A DNA stretch of 64,000 nucleotides from a virus. Below, piece after piece: positions 9,232 through 19,899 of the stretch. The notes under the pieces are model-generated. The model did no database searches and had not been told where the DNA came from. It saw only the letters and a list, made by a program, of their open reading frames with translations. Numbering within the stretch: the first letter of the stretch is position 1; each line of letters starts with the position of its first letter. The stretch is from positions 1 to 64,000 of the IMG/VR virus record IMGVR_UViG_3300031537_000001, one strand, 5' to 3'. Both the position numbers and the translations under genes were made by a program.

Positions 9232-11433
9232 TCAAATATCAAATCCTTCTACTGAAGAATAGTTTTCCATAAAAAAAGGATCATTAGCATACTCATCTCT
9301 TTCCCTATTACTATTAGAACCTTTTAAACCCTCGGCTAGTTTAATTTTATTCGCGCGTAATATAAATAGCATATTACCAGCAGATATTCTATCAAAGTTT
9401 CCATTAATATTCCATTGAGAACATTCCTTTAAATATCCAATAGATCTTATGCTATGTAACTTTAAAGTAATTTCTTCTTTATCTAATTCTGTGGTTTCAA
9501 TTCTTGCAGAACTCATCCAATCTGCTTGTAAGCGTCTACCCCATTTATTAATATTCGGAGAAGGTGGAGTACCTTTAGATTTATTACCAGTAGTATGAAT
9601 AGTTTTTACATAATCCATATCTCTTAAAGATTCAGGAGTATCGGCAAGATATCGCAAAGCATTCATTCGTTTAAAGTAATCAAATAAACCTTTCAGTTTA
9701 TTCTCATAATTTAGTTCAGCATTATAAAGTAAAGCAAGTTTAAGAGATTTTTCGAAATTAAAATCAGCACTATTTTCCCTACCAGTATACTCTGCTACAA
9801 TTTCATCTGTAAATAAATCCATTATAAGTATAGAAAATAAAGAAGTTCCAATATCATCGTCAACAGGGTCAATTCCGCCAATATATCTACCCCAGATTGG
9901 TTTAGTATCTCCTGGTAAAACTTTAGGTAGTTGAAATATCTCTATGGCTCCGGTTGTATCTTTACCTTTCATTGGATAATCCCTAATGGGGGAAATATCA
10001 AATCTGGGTCTAAATTCAACATTATTCATACCGGTATATAAAATCTCTCCTACATAATGTGGGCCAACAAAGAACTCACGGGTTGGTTCAATCCTGGCTA
10101 AATAACTTTTAATTTCCTGTACAGGAAATACTGTACCTTCAGTTCTCATTACAGCTTCCTGTGGAGTAAATGGTTCTTCAGCTATTGTCTGGGCATAGTC
10201 AGTAGGATTAGATACACTATATTTAATCTCAAACCTTTTTACTAATACTTCATATACAGCTTTTACAACATCTGAGTTACCATCTTTATCATAACAATCT
10301 TCTCTATTTAAGTAATCAGGTATAAACATACCGCAAGTTCCTATCTCAGAAGTCTTATCAAATATATTAGAAAGTCGAAGTATACTATAGGCTTTAGGTT
10401 TATAAAACAATTCTTCAAGACCTTCAAAGTTTACACCTTCTTCACCACCAGTACCAAAAGCTAACATAAATCCAAATACTCTATTACCAGATTCAACAGA
10501 CTTTTGAGCTAACCTCCATGATTTAAGTATATGGGGAAAACTTCCACTTTCCTCCCATAGAATTAATTTACCTCTTTTTCCACGAGCTTTATCCGGGTCA
10601 TTCTTTAAAGTAACCCCAATTATTTCAGATAAGAATCCACCTTCAGAAGATGTTCCTGCTTTTTTATACCCGGCTTGCTTATGCATACCTTGCAAAGAAT
10701 CTGTAATAATTAGTCTTTTGGCAAATCCTACTTTATCTACTATAAAACTATTTATATCCCATACCTTATTTAATATACCATCAAGAGTTAAATAATCTTT
10801 ATCAGAAGCTAAAGCAAAGGATTTAGATTTTTTAATAAGATGATAATTTCTAAGACACATTGAGGCAGCCTTATAAGAATATCCTTTACCCCTGGCCTTT
10901 AAAGTTACACCATGCTTACCAGCTTTCTCAGCCTGTTCTACATAATGAAAAAATAAATAATCTCCATCCCAAAAATCAGGAAAATCAGTAATCCTTTCTG
11001 CTTGTACTGTACCATCTTTAGAACGTTCACCAATAATTTCAGTTCTTAAAATAGGAGAATAGTTTAAATAAAAATAGTGATAGCCAGTTATCCACTCACC
11101 ATCACTTTTTCTTACATAACCTTCTAAACATCTTCGTTTTTCTTCATCCCAAAATTTTCTATAAGGAGAAGAAGGAGCTTTAGACGGAAAAGCATCTGTA
11201 TAAACTCCTGTTTTTTTATAAGTCAAGGCTGATTCTCTGAAGTAATCAGTATCTTCAAGCATATGAGGTTTAGCCAAATTAACTATTATCTTTTCACTAG
11301 AATCTTTAGGCATATCTTTAGCCCTAATAGTTCTATTAGACATCCAGTTTAATAGTGGAATAGAATCAAATAACTCAACTATCTCTCCAAGAATCTCCGA
11401 ATTAGTTATATTTAAATCATTTAATTTCGTCAT
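9232..11433 (-). CDS. terL: Terminase large subunit
   Basis: ITGYHYFYLNY, LKARGKGYSY (Walker A), ILWEESG (Walker B), FGTGG, GGIDP nuclease Asp, GNFDRIS; no intein or intron seen. Confidence 0.93.
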   Translation of the reverse strand: MTKLNDLNITNSEILGEIVELFDSIPLLNWMSNRTIRAKDMPKDSSEKIIVNLAKPHMLEDTDYFRESALTYKKTGVYTDAFPSKAPSSPYRKFWDEEKRRCLEGYVRKSDGEWITGYHYFYLNYSPILRTEIIGERSKDGTVQAERITDFPDFWDGDYLFFHYVEQAEKAGKHGVTLKARGKGYSYKAASMCLRNYHLIKKSKSFALASDKDYLTLDGILNKVWDINSFIVDKVGFAKRLIITDSLQGMHKQAGYKKAGTSSEGGFLSEIIGVTLKNDPDKARGKRGKLILWEESGSFPHILKSWRLAQKSVESGNRVFGFMLAFGTGGEEGVNFEGLEELFYKPKAYSILRLSNIFDKTSEIGTCGMFIPDYLNREDCYDKDGNSDVVKAVYEVLVKRFEIKYSVSNPTDYAQTIAEEPFTPQEAVMRTEGTVFPVQEIKSYLARIEPTREFFVGPHYVGEILYTGMNNVEFRPRFDISPIRDYPMKGKDTTGAIEIFQLPKVLPGDTKPIWGRYIGGIDPVDDDIGTSLFSILIMDLFTDEIVAEYTGRENSADFNFEKSLKLALLYNAELNYENKLKGLFDYFKRMNALRYLADTPESLRDMDYVKTIHTTGNKSKGTPPSPNINKWGRRLQADWMSSARIETTELDKEEITLKLHSIRSIGYLKECSQWNINGNFDRISAGNMLFILRANKIKLAEGLKGSNSNRERDEYANDPFFMENYSSVEGFDI

Positions 11434-11617
11434 TTTGTACGATTCTTATTCTTGAATCTTTTATCAATTCTCTTAACTCTTCTCTTTTGGACCAACAAAG
11501 AACTGTAACTTTTTTTATGTTACTCCATTCTTTATTATATTTATCTTGTATTTGATATTTTGTCCCTACTTCAAAATCTAAAATGGATTCCGGAATTATA
11601 TAACTATTCTTACTCAC
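11417..11617 (-). CDS. Hypothetical protein
   Basis: 66-aa ORF overlapping both neighbours. Confidence 0.55.
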   Translation of the reverse strand: MSKNSYIIPESILDFEVGTKYQIQDKYNKEWSNIKKVTVLCWSKREELRELIKDSRIRIVQNDEIK

Positions 11618-12680
11618 CTGATCTTATTAACTTTAACATTGTTTCATTATCACATACAAATCCAGACGCTTCTCTATGACCCCCTCCTTCATACTGTTTA
11701 GCTATAATACTACAATCTACTTTTTCGTTATCATTATATAATGACCACATCCACTTACCATCTTTATACCAGAAACAAGCAAATCCATCATATCCATCTT
11801 TATGATAATCTATTCCAAAATTAATAGGATTAAATCTTTCTTGATTTACACATAGAAATTTATATTTTGCATTACCTGATATGTGTGTGAAAGGATTATC
11901 TGGAAATACATCTGACTTAGGAATCTCTAGTTTAGTTTTTATAAATTCAATAAGAAAAGCTTTCTTATAAGTTTGCTTAGCTTCTGTACAAAGATATTCA
12001 TAAATATCTCCTCCAGAAAGTTGAATAGCTTCCACTGTATCAAATACAGCTCCTTGTACTTTTTCTAATCCTTGTATTGAATCTATAAGTTTTTCATAAC
12101 ATTCTTGATAATTAGACATACATGCTCTTGCCCCATATTGAAATTCTAATACTTTTTGCTCTTCATCAGTTCCTTTATGACCAAAACAATCATATCTTCC
12201 TAATAGTCTAACTATTTTAGGCATTGTTTCATTAGGAAAAAGATATTTCCAAGTAAGTTCGCAAGCTGCAAAATTAGTATCTTGTAACCCCTCATAAAAA
12301 GGAATATTATCATAACCTTGATTATCATTTATAGCAGATATATGATGGTCTATCCAAATTAGTTCTTTATCCACTATATGCCAAAGTCTTGACATTTCTT
12401 CTTTAGGAAAACTAACATCACACATTATAACTTTATCATATTCTGATAAATCTGGAATAGGATCTCCATAATCATACCCTAAAAAATAAATTGTTAGATC
12501 TTTAAATTTAGAATTTATTTTAGATTCCAATTCTTGTCTATCTTCTATACTAAGGGTATTTACAACATTTAAGTTAACCTCTGTTCTTTTAGTATTATTT
12601 TTATAAAACCAATGTTTAACTATTGCTGCACTCATCCATCCGTCTAAATCCCGACTGTGATACACACAAACTGTTTTCAT
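11610..12680 (-). CDS. DHH/DHHA1 phosphoesterase (NrnB-like oligoribonuclease)
   Basis: YHSRDLDG, MCDVSF, WIDHH and GGGHREASG motifs. Confidence 0.88.
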   Translation of the reverse strand: MKTVCVYHSRDLDGWMSAAIVKHWFYKNNTKRTEVNLNVVNTLSIEDRQELESKINSKFKDLTIYFLGYDYGDPIPDLSEYDKVIMCDVSFPKEEMSRLWHIVDKELIWIDHHISAINDNQGYDNIPFYEGLQDTNFAACELTWKYLFPNETMPKIVRLLGRYDCFGHKGTDEEQKVLEFQYGARACMSNYQECYEKLIDSIQGLEKVQGAVFDTVEAIQLSGGDIYEYLCTEAKQTYKKAFLIEFIKTKLEIPKSDVFPDNPFTHISGNAKYKFLCVNQERFNPINFGIDYHKDGYDGFACFWYKDGKWMWSLYNDNEKVDCSIIAKQYEGGGHREASGFVCDNETMLKLIRSGE

Positions 12681-12683
12681 ATT

Positions 12684-12974
12684 TTATAATTTTTTAGTTA
12701 ATTGAAATTGATGTAATAATAAAGAAAAACTTTGTACAAACATTTCATTTGAACTAAGTTCGTCATTTCCTAACTCTTCTAATATTGCATGGACAAGTTC
12801 ATGATAAAAAGTCTGTTCTTTCGAATTATCAGAAAGAATATGTCCATTTAAAGTATTAGATATTTTTATAAGTCCTCTGGCAGAATATGCCCTTCCTAAA
12901 CCAGTATCATCTATAGAAGGTACTTCTTCTACAGTATACTCTTTGGATCCTAATGTAAATTGTTTAATCATCAT
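12684..12974 (-). CDS. Small zincin-like metallopeptidase
   Basis: TFYHELVHA (HExxH) plus downstream E (NEMFV). Confidence 0.7.
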   Translation of the reverse strand: MMIKQFTLGSKEYTVEEVPSIDDTGLGRAYSARGLIKISNTLNGHILSDNSKEQTFYHELVHAILEELGNDELSSNEMFVQSFSLLLHQFQLTKKL

Positions 12975-13533
12975 CTTCGTATATACTTTTTTGTCCCGAA
13001 CCCCGATGAGTAGTATTTTCCTGAAGTTCGGTCTTAACTTGTTTTTCCATTTCCTTTATAGCCGCGATAATTTTAGGAGACTCTTTTATAATAGTAGTTA
13101 TTCTTCCTAAAGCCAGGGTATCATAAATCTCAGTCTCATTTCCTTCATCATCTTTAATAACCTGCATTAAATCTATCTTACTCAGAGCTTGTTGTAAATT
13201 ATATAAAGCTAATTCCATAGATTCCAAATGTCTTAAACTCAATGAAGGTTGTCTCTCATTATAGAAATCAATAGCTTTTTCAGTTACTTTATCTATTATA
13301 ATTTTACTACCATTATAAATAACCTCTAATATCTTTTCTGATCTTACTTCCTTATCGATTAAATCTTTAAAGTCAGATCTATAATCAACCATAAAGTAAA
13401 TATAAGTAAGTTCTGCTTTAGCGTACTCTCTACTCCTATATTTCTTTATAACATTTCGAAAAGGTATTAATGCAAGTGTTTCAGGAAGAATAATAAGATT
13501 GTATTCCTCATCAACAGAAAATAAATTTAACAT
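12964..13533 (-). CDS. Conserved crAss-like protein upstream of terminase (possible small terminase)
   Basis: Helical 189 aa ending RGSGQKSIYED; position only. Confidence 0.45.
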   Translation of the reverse strand: MLNLFSVDEEYNLIILPETLALIPFRNVIKKYRSREYAKAELTYIYFMVDYRSDFKDLIDKEVRSEKILEVIYNGSKIIIDKVTEKAIDFYNERQPSLSLRHLESMELALYNLQQALSKIDLMQVIKDDEGNETEIYDTLALGRITTIIKESPKIIAAIKEMEKQVKTELQENTTHRGSGQKSIYEDDD

Positions 13534-13898
13534 TGTGTTTCCTCTTTACCATAAACCCATTTAATTTCTCTGGCAGTTATGAAAAAATATTTTTCATCAT
13601 CTATAACTTCAATAGGAAGAATAGTTACATACTTATCTGGTCCAATATCTTTAACCTGACCTACTTGTGTAGGACCAACATTCTTCTGAGGAAATAGAGA
13701 AAAATTTATCTCTACTTCATCACCAATCTTTACATTTGAATTCGGTCCGGCTGCTACAACTATTTGTTTGGTATAGGGTTTCCCTATTTCATTGGCTGTG
13801 AGTATAACACCACCTTTAGAAACTTTTTCAACTTTTACTGTAGTCATTATTTTATCAAAAAATAATCTAACTTCAGGATACTTAATTTCATTTTTCAT
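13527..13898 (-). CDS. GroES/Cpn10-like co-chaperonin
   Basis: SKGGVILT mobile loop; VVAAGP..VKIGDEV. Confidence 0.7.
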   Translation of the reverse strand: MKNEIKYPEVRLFFDKIMTTVKVEKVSKGGVILTANEIGKPYTKQIVVAAGPNSNVKIGDEVEINFSLFPQKNVGPTQVGQVKDIGPDKYVTILPIEVIDDEKYFFITAREIKWVYGKEETQC

Positions 13899-14139
13899 CG
13901 TTTTTCTGTTTAATTAAATTTTTATTTCTAACTTTTCTTTTTCTTTTATAGCTAACAATAAATTTACCTAATCCAGGTATTATAGCATTAGTCTTCACAC
14001 CATCTAATGATTCTAATTTACTATAAGTTACTTTAGTCATTACTCTCTTCAAATCCTTTAAGTAAGAACTAATAACAAACTTAACAGTTTTCTCAGGTAG
14101 ATTTAACTTCTTTGCTACTTCCCTTATCAACTGTTCCAT
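13888..14139 (-). CDS. HU/IHF-like DNA-binding protein
   Basis: LIREVAKKLNL...IPGLGKF. Confidence 0.7.
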   Translation of the reverse strand: MEQLIREVAKKLNLPEKTVKFVISSYLKDLKRVMTKVTYSKLESLDGVKTNAIIPGLGKFIVSYKRKRKVRNKNLIKQKNDEK

Positions 14140-14500
14140 AAAATGATATTACTAAATCAAAATTATTAACCGGTGGAATAAATTGCTTTACTATCCTTTT
14201 ATCTATTATAATTTTCTTCTTCCTAAAAGTAGAAAGATAGTTTTGAAAGACAGGATCCTTCATATTTTCAAGGTTTTTCCTGATTTCCTTCTTAGTATCT
14301 AAATCATACAATAGTTTATAAGCAAGCTCTTCATCATTATACTTATAGAAAAATTTAAGATAATAATAAATAAGCTCCACCAATAAAGAAAGTTCTTTAT
14401 CAGGGAGCCTGTGAAATTGATATAATACTTTTAAATATTTAGTAATAAGATCCCTACGATTTTTCACCGGAACTTGTATTACTATTTGTCTCTCTGCCAT
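14093..14500 (-). CDS. Putative winged-helix DNA-binding protein, first gene of the leftward operon
   Basis: ATG at 14500 preferred over the upstream start, which overlaps the promoter; FQNYLSTFRKKKII helix. Confidence 0.5.
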   Translation of the reverse strand: MAERQIVIQVPVKNRRDLITKYLKVLYQFHRLPDKELSLLVELIYYYLKFFYKYNDEELAYKLLYDLDTKKEIRKNLENMKDPVFQNYLSTFRKKKIIIDKRIVKQFIPPVNNFDLVISFYGTVDKGSSKEVKST

Positions 14501-14518
14501 TGACTTATATTTTTTATA

Positions 14519-14581
14519 CAAATATATACAAAACTATAATACAAAACAAGTATACTTTATAATAAAAATTTAGTATATTTG
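14519..14581. promoter_or_regulatory. Divergent pair of Bacteroidota -7 promoters (TATATTTG at 14519-14526 minus; 14574-14581 plus)
   Basis: Two TAnnTTTG elements at the strand switch. Confidence 0.65.
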
Positions 14582-14611
14582 AATTTTACTTAATTTAATA
14601 CTAATATAATT

Positions 14612-14905
14612 ATGAAAGATCTGATAGATAAACATTTAATAAAGGGCCAATACTTTATAAATAAATATTATAAAGAAAAGCATCAAGATAATCTTGGATT
14701 TGAAACTTATATAGAAAGTAGTCTAAATTCAAACTTACTTAAAGAATTTGCAAAAGTAGAAAATGTACCTCTTATGATAGATGAATCAAAGGAAGGTACT
14801 ACTTATATAAAAGAAGTATTTGTATTTACTCGAAAATCTTTACAGGAATTGATAGATAGAGTTACTTATGCAAACTTCTATAATCCCGGTAGAATTACAC
14901 TTTAA
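14612..14905 (+). CDS. Hypothetical protein
   Basis: 97-aa ORF after the promoter. Confidence 0.6.
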   Translation: MKDLIDKHLIKGQYFINKYYKEKHQDNLGFETYIESSLNSNLLKEFAKVENVPLMIDESKEGTTYIKEVFVFTRKSLQELIDRVTYANFYNPGRITL

Positions 14906-14908
14906 TAT

Positions 14909-15145
14909 ATGAAAAATTTAATACAAGATTTTAAGAAACTTCTTAAAGAAGGTTTATGGAATAACAGTTATACTCCTACTACAACTCTTGCAGAAGAATT
15001 ATCTGAAAAATGTTTTCAGGTAGCTTCCGAATACTACAAATGGAGAAAATTTGTAGATACTATAAAAGACTCTGAACTTACTACACAATTACAAGAAAGA
15101 GAATTATTTACAAAATTTATAGAAGAAAAATATGAAAGAAGATAA
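14909..15145 (+). CDS. Hypothetical protein
   Basis: Tightly packed ORF. Confidence 0.55.
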   Translation: MKNLIQDFKKLLKEGLWNNSYTPTTTLAEELSEKCFQVASEYYKWRKFVDTIKDSELTTQLQERELFTKFIEEKYERR

Positions 15146-15554
15146 AGTTTACTATACTCCTTCAATAGAAGAATTCCATGTTGGATTTGAATACGAGATA
15201 AACTATAATGGTAAATGGTTTTTAAAAACTATACCTATCTATCCTACAACAAAAGAAAAGTATAATGAAGAAGTTATAAGAGTTAAATACCTGGATAGAG
15301 AAGCTATAGAAAGTTTAGGTTGGAAATGTATAGAACAAGAATTAACTACTTGTCCTCGTTATAATGTATATGAATTTACTTTAGCTCCACATAAATTATT
15401 AACTCATTACGGAGGTAGAGAATACAGTATAATTCATTTAGAGTATAAAAATTATGATAATACTAAAGAGTATCCTATTCTAAGAGGGTGTAATATTAAA
15501 AATAAGTCAGAACTTAAAACTTTAATGGAATGGTTAAGAATAGATCCAGATTAA
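15132..15554 (+). CDS. Hypothetical phage protein
   Basis: YYTPSIEEFHVGFEYE...IKNKSELK pattern, recalled from Bacteroidota phage ORFs. Confidence 0.65.
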   Translation: MKEDKVYYTPSIEEFHVGFEYEINYNGKWFLKTIPIYPTTKEKYNEEVIRVKYLDREAIESLGWKCIEQELTTCPRYNVYEFTLAPHKLLTHYGGREYSIIHLEYKNYDNTKEYPILRGCNIKNKSELKTLMEWLRIDPD

Positions 15555-15711
15555 TATATTCTTGGAGAATATTGTGGTATACATTCTTATTATATTTAGC
15601 AACAGTAAGTATAATACAAAGATTTAAATCTCCTACACTTACAGAAACACAATTATTACAGGAAATACTAAATAATTTACTTTTAAAATTTAAATAAAAA
15701 GATAGAAAAAT

Positions 15712-15957
15712 ATGAGACAAGGATGCAGAATAATTAACATAAATAAAACAACTGCAATAGTATGTGGGGGTGAACCTTCTGACCATAAATGTAATGAAGA
15801 TGCTATTTGCTATGATACCAATGAAGATAGATTCTTTTTTAAAGATAAAAAAGAAGCTGATAAATGGTATAGTGATAATTACAAAAATGTAAAAAGTGGA
15901 AGTGTAGCATGTTCAATTTGTGAGCGAGCTGCAATAGATAATATGTATTTTATTTAA
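15712..15957 (+). CDS. Cys-rich hypothetical protein
   Basis: 81 aa with CSIC. Confidence 0.55.
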   Translation: MRQGCRIININKTTAIVCGGEPSDHKCNEDAICYDTNEDRFFFKDKKEADKWYSDNYKNVKSGSVACSICERAAIDNMYFI

Positions 15958-16119
15958 TTAAAGAACTAATATGAAAATAAAAACTTATACAACAGAAGAA
16001 AGTAAAAACTTTCCAAGGCAATTTAGAACTATCAGTATTAAAAAAGCTATGAAGCTATGTAAAAATTTAATACCAAGACAAAGTAAAGAAGTTAAGAAAC
16101 CTAACGATAAATGATTAAT

Positions 16120-16299
16120 ATGGAAATAAAACTCTCATTACTCAGTGAATCTAACAAACAGAAATTAGCAAATTCCTTGAATGAAATAAACGATTTAAAT
16201 TATTCATTTGATGAATGGCTAATTTTAATCAATTCAATAAAGGAAATGACTGATTTCTTTTTCGAATTAAATTCACAAGAAAAAGTCGTAAACAATTAA
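16120..16299 (+). CDS. Hypothetical protein
   Basis: Small ORF in the operon. Confidence 0.45.
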   Translation: MEIKLSLLSESNKQKLANSLNEINDLNYSFDEWLILINSIKEMTDFFFELNSQEKVVNN

Positions 16300-16310
16300 T
16301 TCTTAATATC

Positions 16311-16496
16311 ATGAAAACAAAAATTAAAAAATGTAAGATTTGCGGTGATGAACCTGCCGCTTATTCCAATGAAGCTGGTTGTAATCTATGTATTAAACAT
16401 CAGACACGATTAGTAAAAAAGAAAATTGCTTTAAAGAAAGCAGCTTTACTTGCTTTAGCAACAGCATGTATAGCATTATGTATTTACTTTTTATAG
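16311..16496 (+). CDS. Small protein with a CxxC...C..C.xH zinc-finger-like motif and C-terminal TM helix
   Basis: CKICG...CNLCIKH; hydrophobic tail. Confidence 0.5.
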   Translation: MKTKIKKCKICGDEPAAYSNEAGCNLCIKHQTRLVKKKIALKKAALLALATACIALCIYFL

Positions 16497-16574
16497 AAAA
16501 TATTTTTTCATAAAATATACCTATTATAATAGTAGGTATATTTTTTTTATTTTATAAACTTTAAATTTATTACT

Positions 16575-16919
16575 ATGAAAAAAATTCAAATTGATTTTAT
16601 AGATGGAATTCCATTGACTAAAAAAATTAAGATTAATGGAACTGACAAAAATGGTGAACAATTATTCATTGGGCAAACTATTGTTGATAAATATGGTGAA
16701 AAATATGTAATTGGTTATCGTTACGGTAATGTTTGCCTTGTGCCTCCTTTTGGTATGCATACAGTTGGTGTTACAAGCTATGAAAGATACACTTTAACAA
16801 ATGAAATGACATGTGTAATGGGTAAATATCTGATTATAGGATATGATAATGAAGATTTTTTTAAAGAAAATTCAGAAGTATTAGATAGTATTAATATCAC
16901 TAATCTGATTGATTGTTGA
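16575..16919 (+). CDS. YopX-like hypothetical protein
   Basis: GTDKNGEQLFIGQTIV resembles the YopX DKNG.EI..GD motif. Confidence 0.45.
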   Translation: MKKIQIDFIDGIPLTKKIKINGTDKNGEQLFIGQTIVDKYGEKYVIGYRYGNVCLVPPFGMHTVGVTSYERYTLTNEMTCVMGKYLIIGYDNEDFFKENSEVLDSINITNLIDC

Positions 16920-17488
16920 TTTTCATAGCTCGTTTAACTTAATTGCTAAGTGGGCTTTTTGTATTTAATGATGGTGTAGGTTAGAAAAACTAAAAAAAAA
17001 AAACGGCTTACCATCGTCGAAAGTTTGTAAGCTGTTTTAAATTTAAAAAATAAGGCAGCTTAAAAAGAATCTTGTACGGACCATCTTAAAAGCTACCCTT
17101 AATTCGAATTTTATGAAATGTGAGTAGTTTAACCAGCTTTCTTTGTGATAGAAAAAAGTCGGTTATTTGGTTACAAAGATATAAATTTTTAAATTAAAAA
17201 AAGTATATAAAAAATTTTAAGACTATATACATTTAGTTCTTCGAGGGTTGAAAAAATTTTATAGAAAAAAATTTTAGAGTAGTATATGTTTAGTTTTCTT
17301 AGGGTTATTGCTCCAAAGTACCCCTACGAAATAATAGCTGGCGGGGTGTCCCCCTGTCATTTAAGCACTGAAAGCGATAGGATTAAGTCCTATATAAAGT
17401 ATGCTGATTATATCTGCACTCACTTTCATTGCGACCTAAGCTATCATAGGAATCTGATAGCACTATACATACTTTACTACTTACTTCT

Positions 17489-17929
17489 ATGGAAGCAGAA
17501 ATGGGAAAAAGAATTTGTAAAAGTCGTAGACTTATTGCAAAACCAGGCACGTACAAATTGATTGTTACATCAGTTGGTTATGTTGAAGACAGAACTATCA
17601 TAAATCTGAACGGTATTACCAAATACCATCAAACTCAGATTAATGATGCTGGCAAAGCTGGCGACTGGGACTTGGCAACTAAACAACACATGTCTGTGTC
17701 TTTATTTGAGAATGCTGGCTTTGTACCTGAAAAGGGCAATACAGTGTTAGCTGACGTGGACTATGCAGAGAATAAAGAGGGCATTCTGTGTCTTTTTGTT
17801 CAAAGGATAAGTCCGGCTCCAGTTGACTCTACTGCAAAAGCTACATTCTCTTGGGATGAAGTTTCAGAAGAAATAGCTGAAGAACCTGCAAAGAAAGTTA
17901 AAGAACCTACTATAAAAGTTGGGGAATAA
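17489..17929 (+). CDS. Hypothetical protein (possibly OB-fold, acidic tail); likely first early gene
   Basis: 146-aa ORF isolated in a long intergenic region with its own terminator. Confidence 0.6.
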   Translation: MEAEMGKRICKSRRLIAKPGTYKLIVTSVGYVEDRTIINLNGITKYHQTQINDAGKAGDWDLATKQHMSVSLFENAGFVPEKGNTVLADVDYAENKEGILCLFVQRISPAPVDSTAKATFSWDEVSEEIAEEPAKKVKEPTIKVGE

Positions 17930-17949
17930 AACACTCTTAACGGGTATGG

Positions 17950-17984
17950 AAACCGCACTGGCATTCAGTTTGCGGTTTCTTTTT
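17950..17984 (+). terminator. Intrinsic terminator
   Basis: AAACCGCA-CTGGCATTCAGTT-TGCGGTTT followed by a T-tract. Confidence 0.7.
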
Positions 17985-18456
17985 TAATCATCAAACTTAT
18001 GACATCGTTTTTCATATTCCTCTTTCCTACTCAATGCAATTTTGAATTGCTATTTGAAGTCTTACATTTTCATAGCTTTGTAGTATGATTTTAGAAATCT
18101 AAGTTTTAATTTTGTAGTTTTTATAAAGAAATTTAAACTGAAATGTTATTTTATAGCTTTGTTTTTCTTCGGATTGCTATTAAATCAGCTATGATTTGTA
18201 TTATCAACGCGCACGGCGCGACTCGGCGAAGTTACCGATTTTTTTTGAGAAAACAGTTCAAAATAAATATGATTTTTGTCATGTTTTTGAAAATAATTAT
18301 AATTTATAGCGAAGTAAAAGTGCGTTAACCTCAAAAAATATTATAATAGTAGAGGTAAAACAGGTAACATTCTGAGATAATATCAACAAGTTTTAAATCG
18401 CTGCACTTAGCTATATTTATTATTGAATTTAAAATTAACTAAAATTAAGATTATAA

Positions 18457-18683
18457 TGAAGATAGTAGAAATTACAAAAGAAAATGACATATATACTGTA
18501 AAACAAGTTCCTAATTGGCTTGAAAGATTATTTGGAATAAAAGAAAAGGTAGAAAAATTCAAAAAAGATAATTGGCATAAATATATGTTTGGAGGTGGAC
18601 TCTATTACAACCAGAAAGGTGAGGAGATTGGCAATGGTAATAAGGTTGGGCTTGCATTAGATAACTACGAACGCAGTTTTTAA
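18457..18683 (+). CDS. Hypothetical protein
   Basis: ATG preceded by the AACTAAAATT leader. Confidence 0.55.
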
Positions 18684-18809
18684 TTATAACTAAAATTAAG
18701 ATATTATGTGGAAAACAGTAATTAATGACAAAATAGTAACAGGTACTTATGAAAAACTTGTGAAATTAACTTTAGGTTTAATTGGTAATAAAATTGAAAG
18801 GGTATAGAA

Positions 18810-19028
18810 ATGGATAGAAGTGAACATTTACAATGGTGTAAAGATAGAGCAAATGAATATGTTGATATGGGAGATATGCAGCAAGCATTTGCGAGTTTTC
18901 AAAGTGATATGAGCAAGCACCCTGAAACTGCCAATCACATGGCGTTAGAAATGGGGACAATGCTACTTATATCTGGTAATTTATCAAATGCTTATCAAAT
19001 GAGAAAATGGATTAATGGTTTTAATTAG
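18810..19028 (+). CDS. Hypothetical phage protein
   Basis: 72 aa (HLQWCKDRA..SDMSKHPET). Confidence 0.65.
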   Translation: MDRSEHLQWCKDRANEYVDMGDMQQAFASFQSDMSKHPETANHMALEMGTMLLISGNLSNAYQMRKWINGFN

Positions 19029-19235
19029 TCTAATTTAGTCTGTTTTGTACTCAACAAAACTATCCAGTAAGCTACTGGCCTTGTTGATGGATTCTTAGAG
19101 TAAACGAATCCTGTCTTTTTAAGATATTATTATACAAACCCTCAGAGTTGAAATACTCATGGTGATATCGTTAAATCAATTTAATTGATTACTAATTGTA
19201 TAGATGATTTTTAAACTAACTAAAAATTTGCAAAA

Positions 19236-19478
19236 ATGAAAACAATTAAAATCAACAACTCAAAAGAAGCATCAAAATATAATAAAGAATGCTGGAAAAG
19301 AACAAACGCTAATAAAACAGGCAGCACTTATATGCCTGTAAAGAAAGAATTTATTTCCTTTTTCAAACATAATAACATTGAGATTAATGTAGATGAAATT
19401 CAATCATGTACAATGGTTTCTCAATTATTGGAAGCGGAAATAATAACGAAAACAGAAAAATATACACTAATATTTTAG
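19236..19478 (+). CDS. Hypothetical protein
   Basis: 80-aa ORF with AACTAA leader. Confidence 0.55.
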   Translation: MKTIKINNSKEASKYNKECWKRTNANKTGSTYMPVKKEFISFFKHNNIEINVDEIQSCTMVSQLLEAEIITKTEKYTLIF

Positions 19479-19899
19479 TCTATAAAGTTTCTGCAAATTC
19501 TTTGTAGGACACGCCCCGGCTTTGAGACAAAGCCGGGGTTTCTGGGTGAAAACAATAAAAATTTGCAAAATGAAAAAAGTACAGCTTATATCAAAGATAG
19601 ACCAGGGCCACTATAAAGCTGGCGATGTAATGAGAACCATAAAAGTAAAAAGTTCTTATAATTTACAGGGTTTGTTCCTGGTTTTTAGTAGATTTGAATT
19701 TATTATAAATAAAATATCATGAAAACAATAAAAACAATCGAAAACGGCAAGCTAAAACTTGTCAAAATCAAAAAGACAAAAAAGGGTTACATTAAAAAAT
19801 AAAGTATCATGAAAAAAGAAATAAAAAAGCTTATAAGGTCTTTAAGAAAGGCTAAAAAAGCAATTAGAATCCGTTACGAAACTAATTATAAATAAAGAC

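Noticed and set aside
17286-18328. ORFs 17286..17561 and 18143..18328
   Set aside because: Atypical composition and overlap with regulatory or other coding sequence; likely spurious
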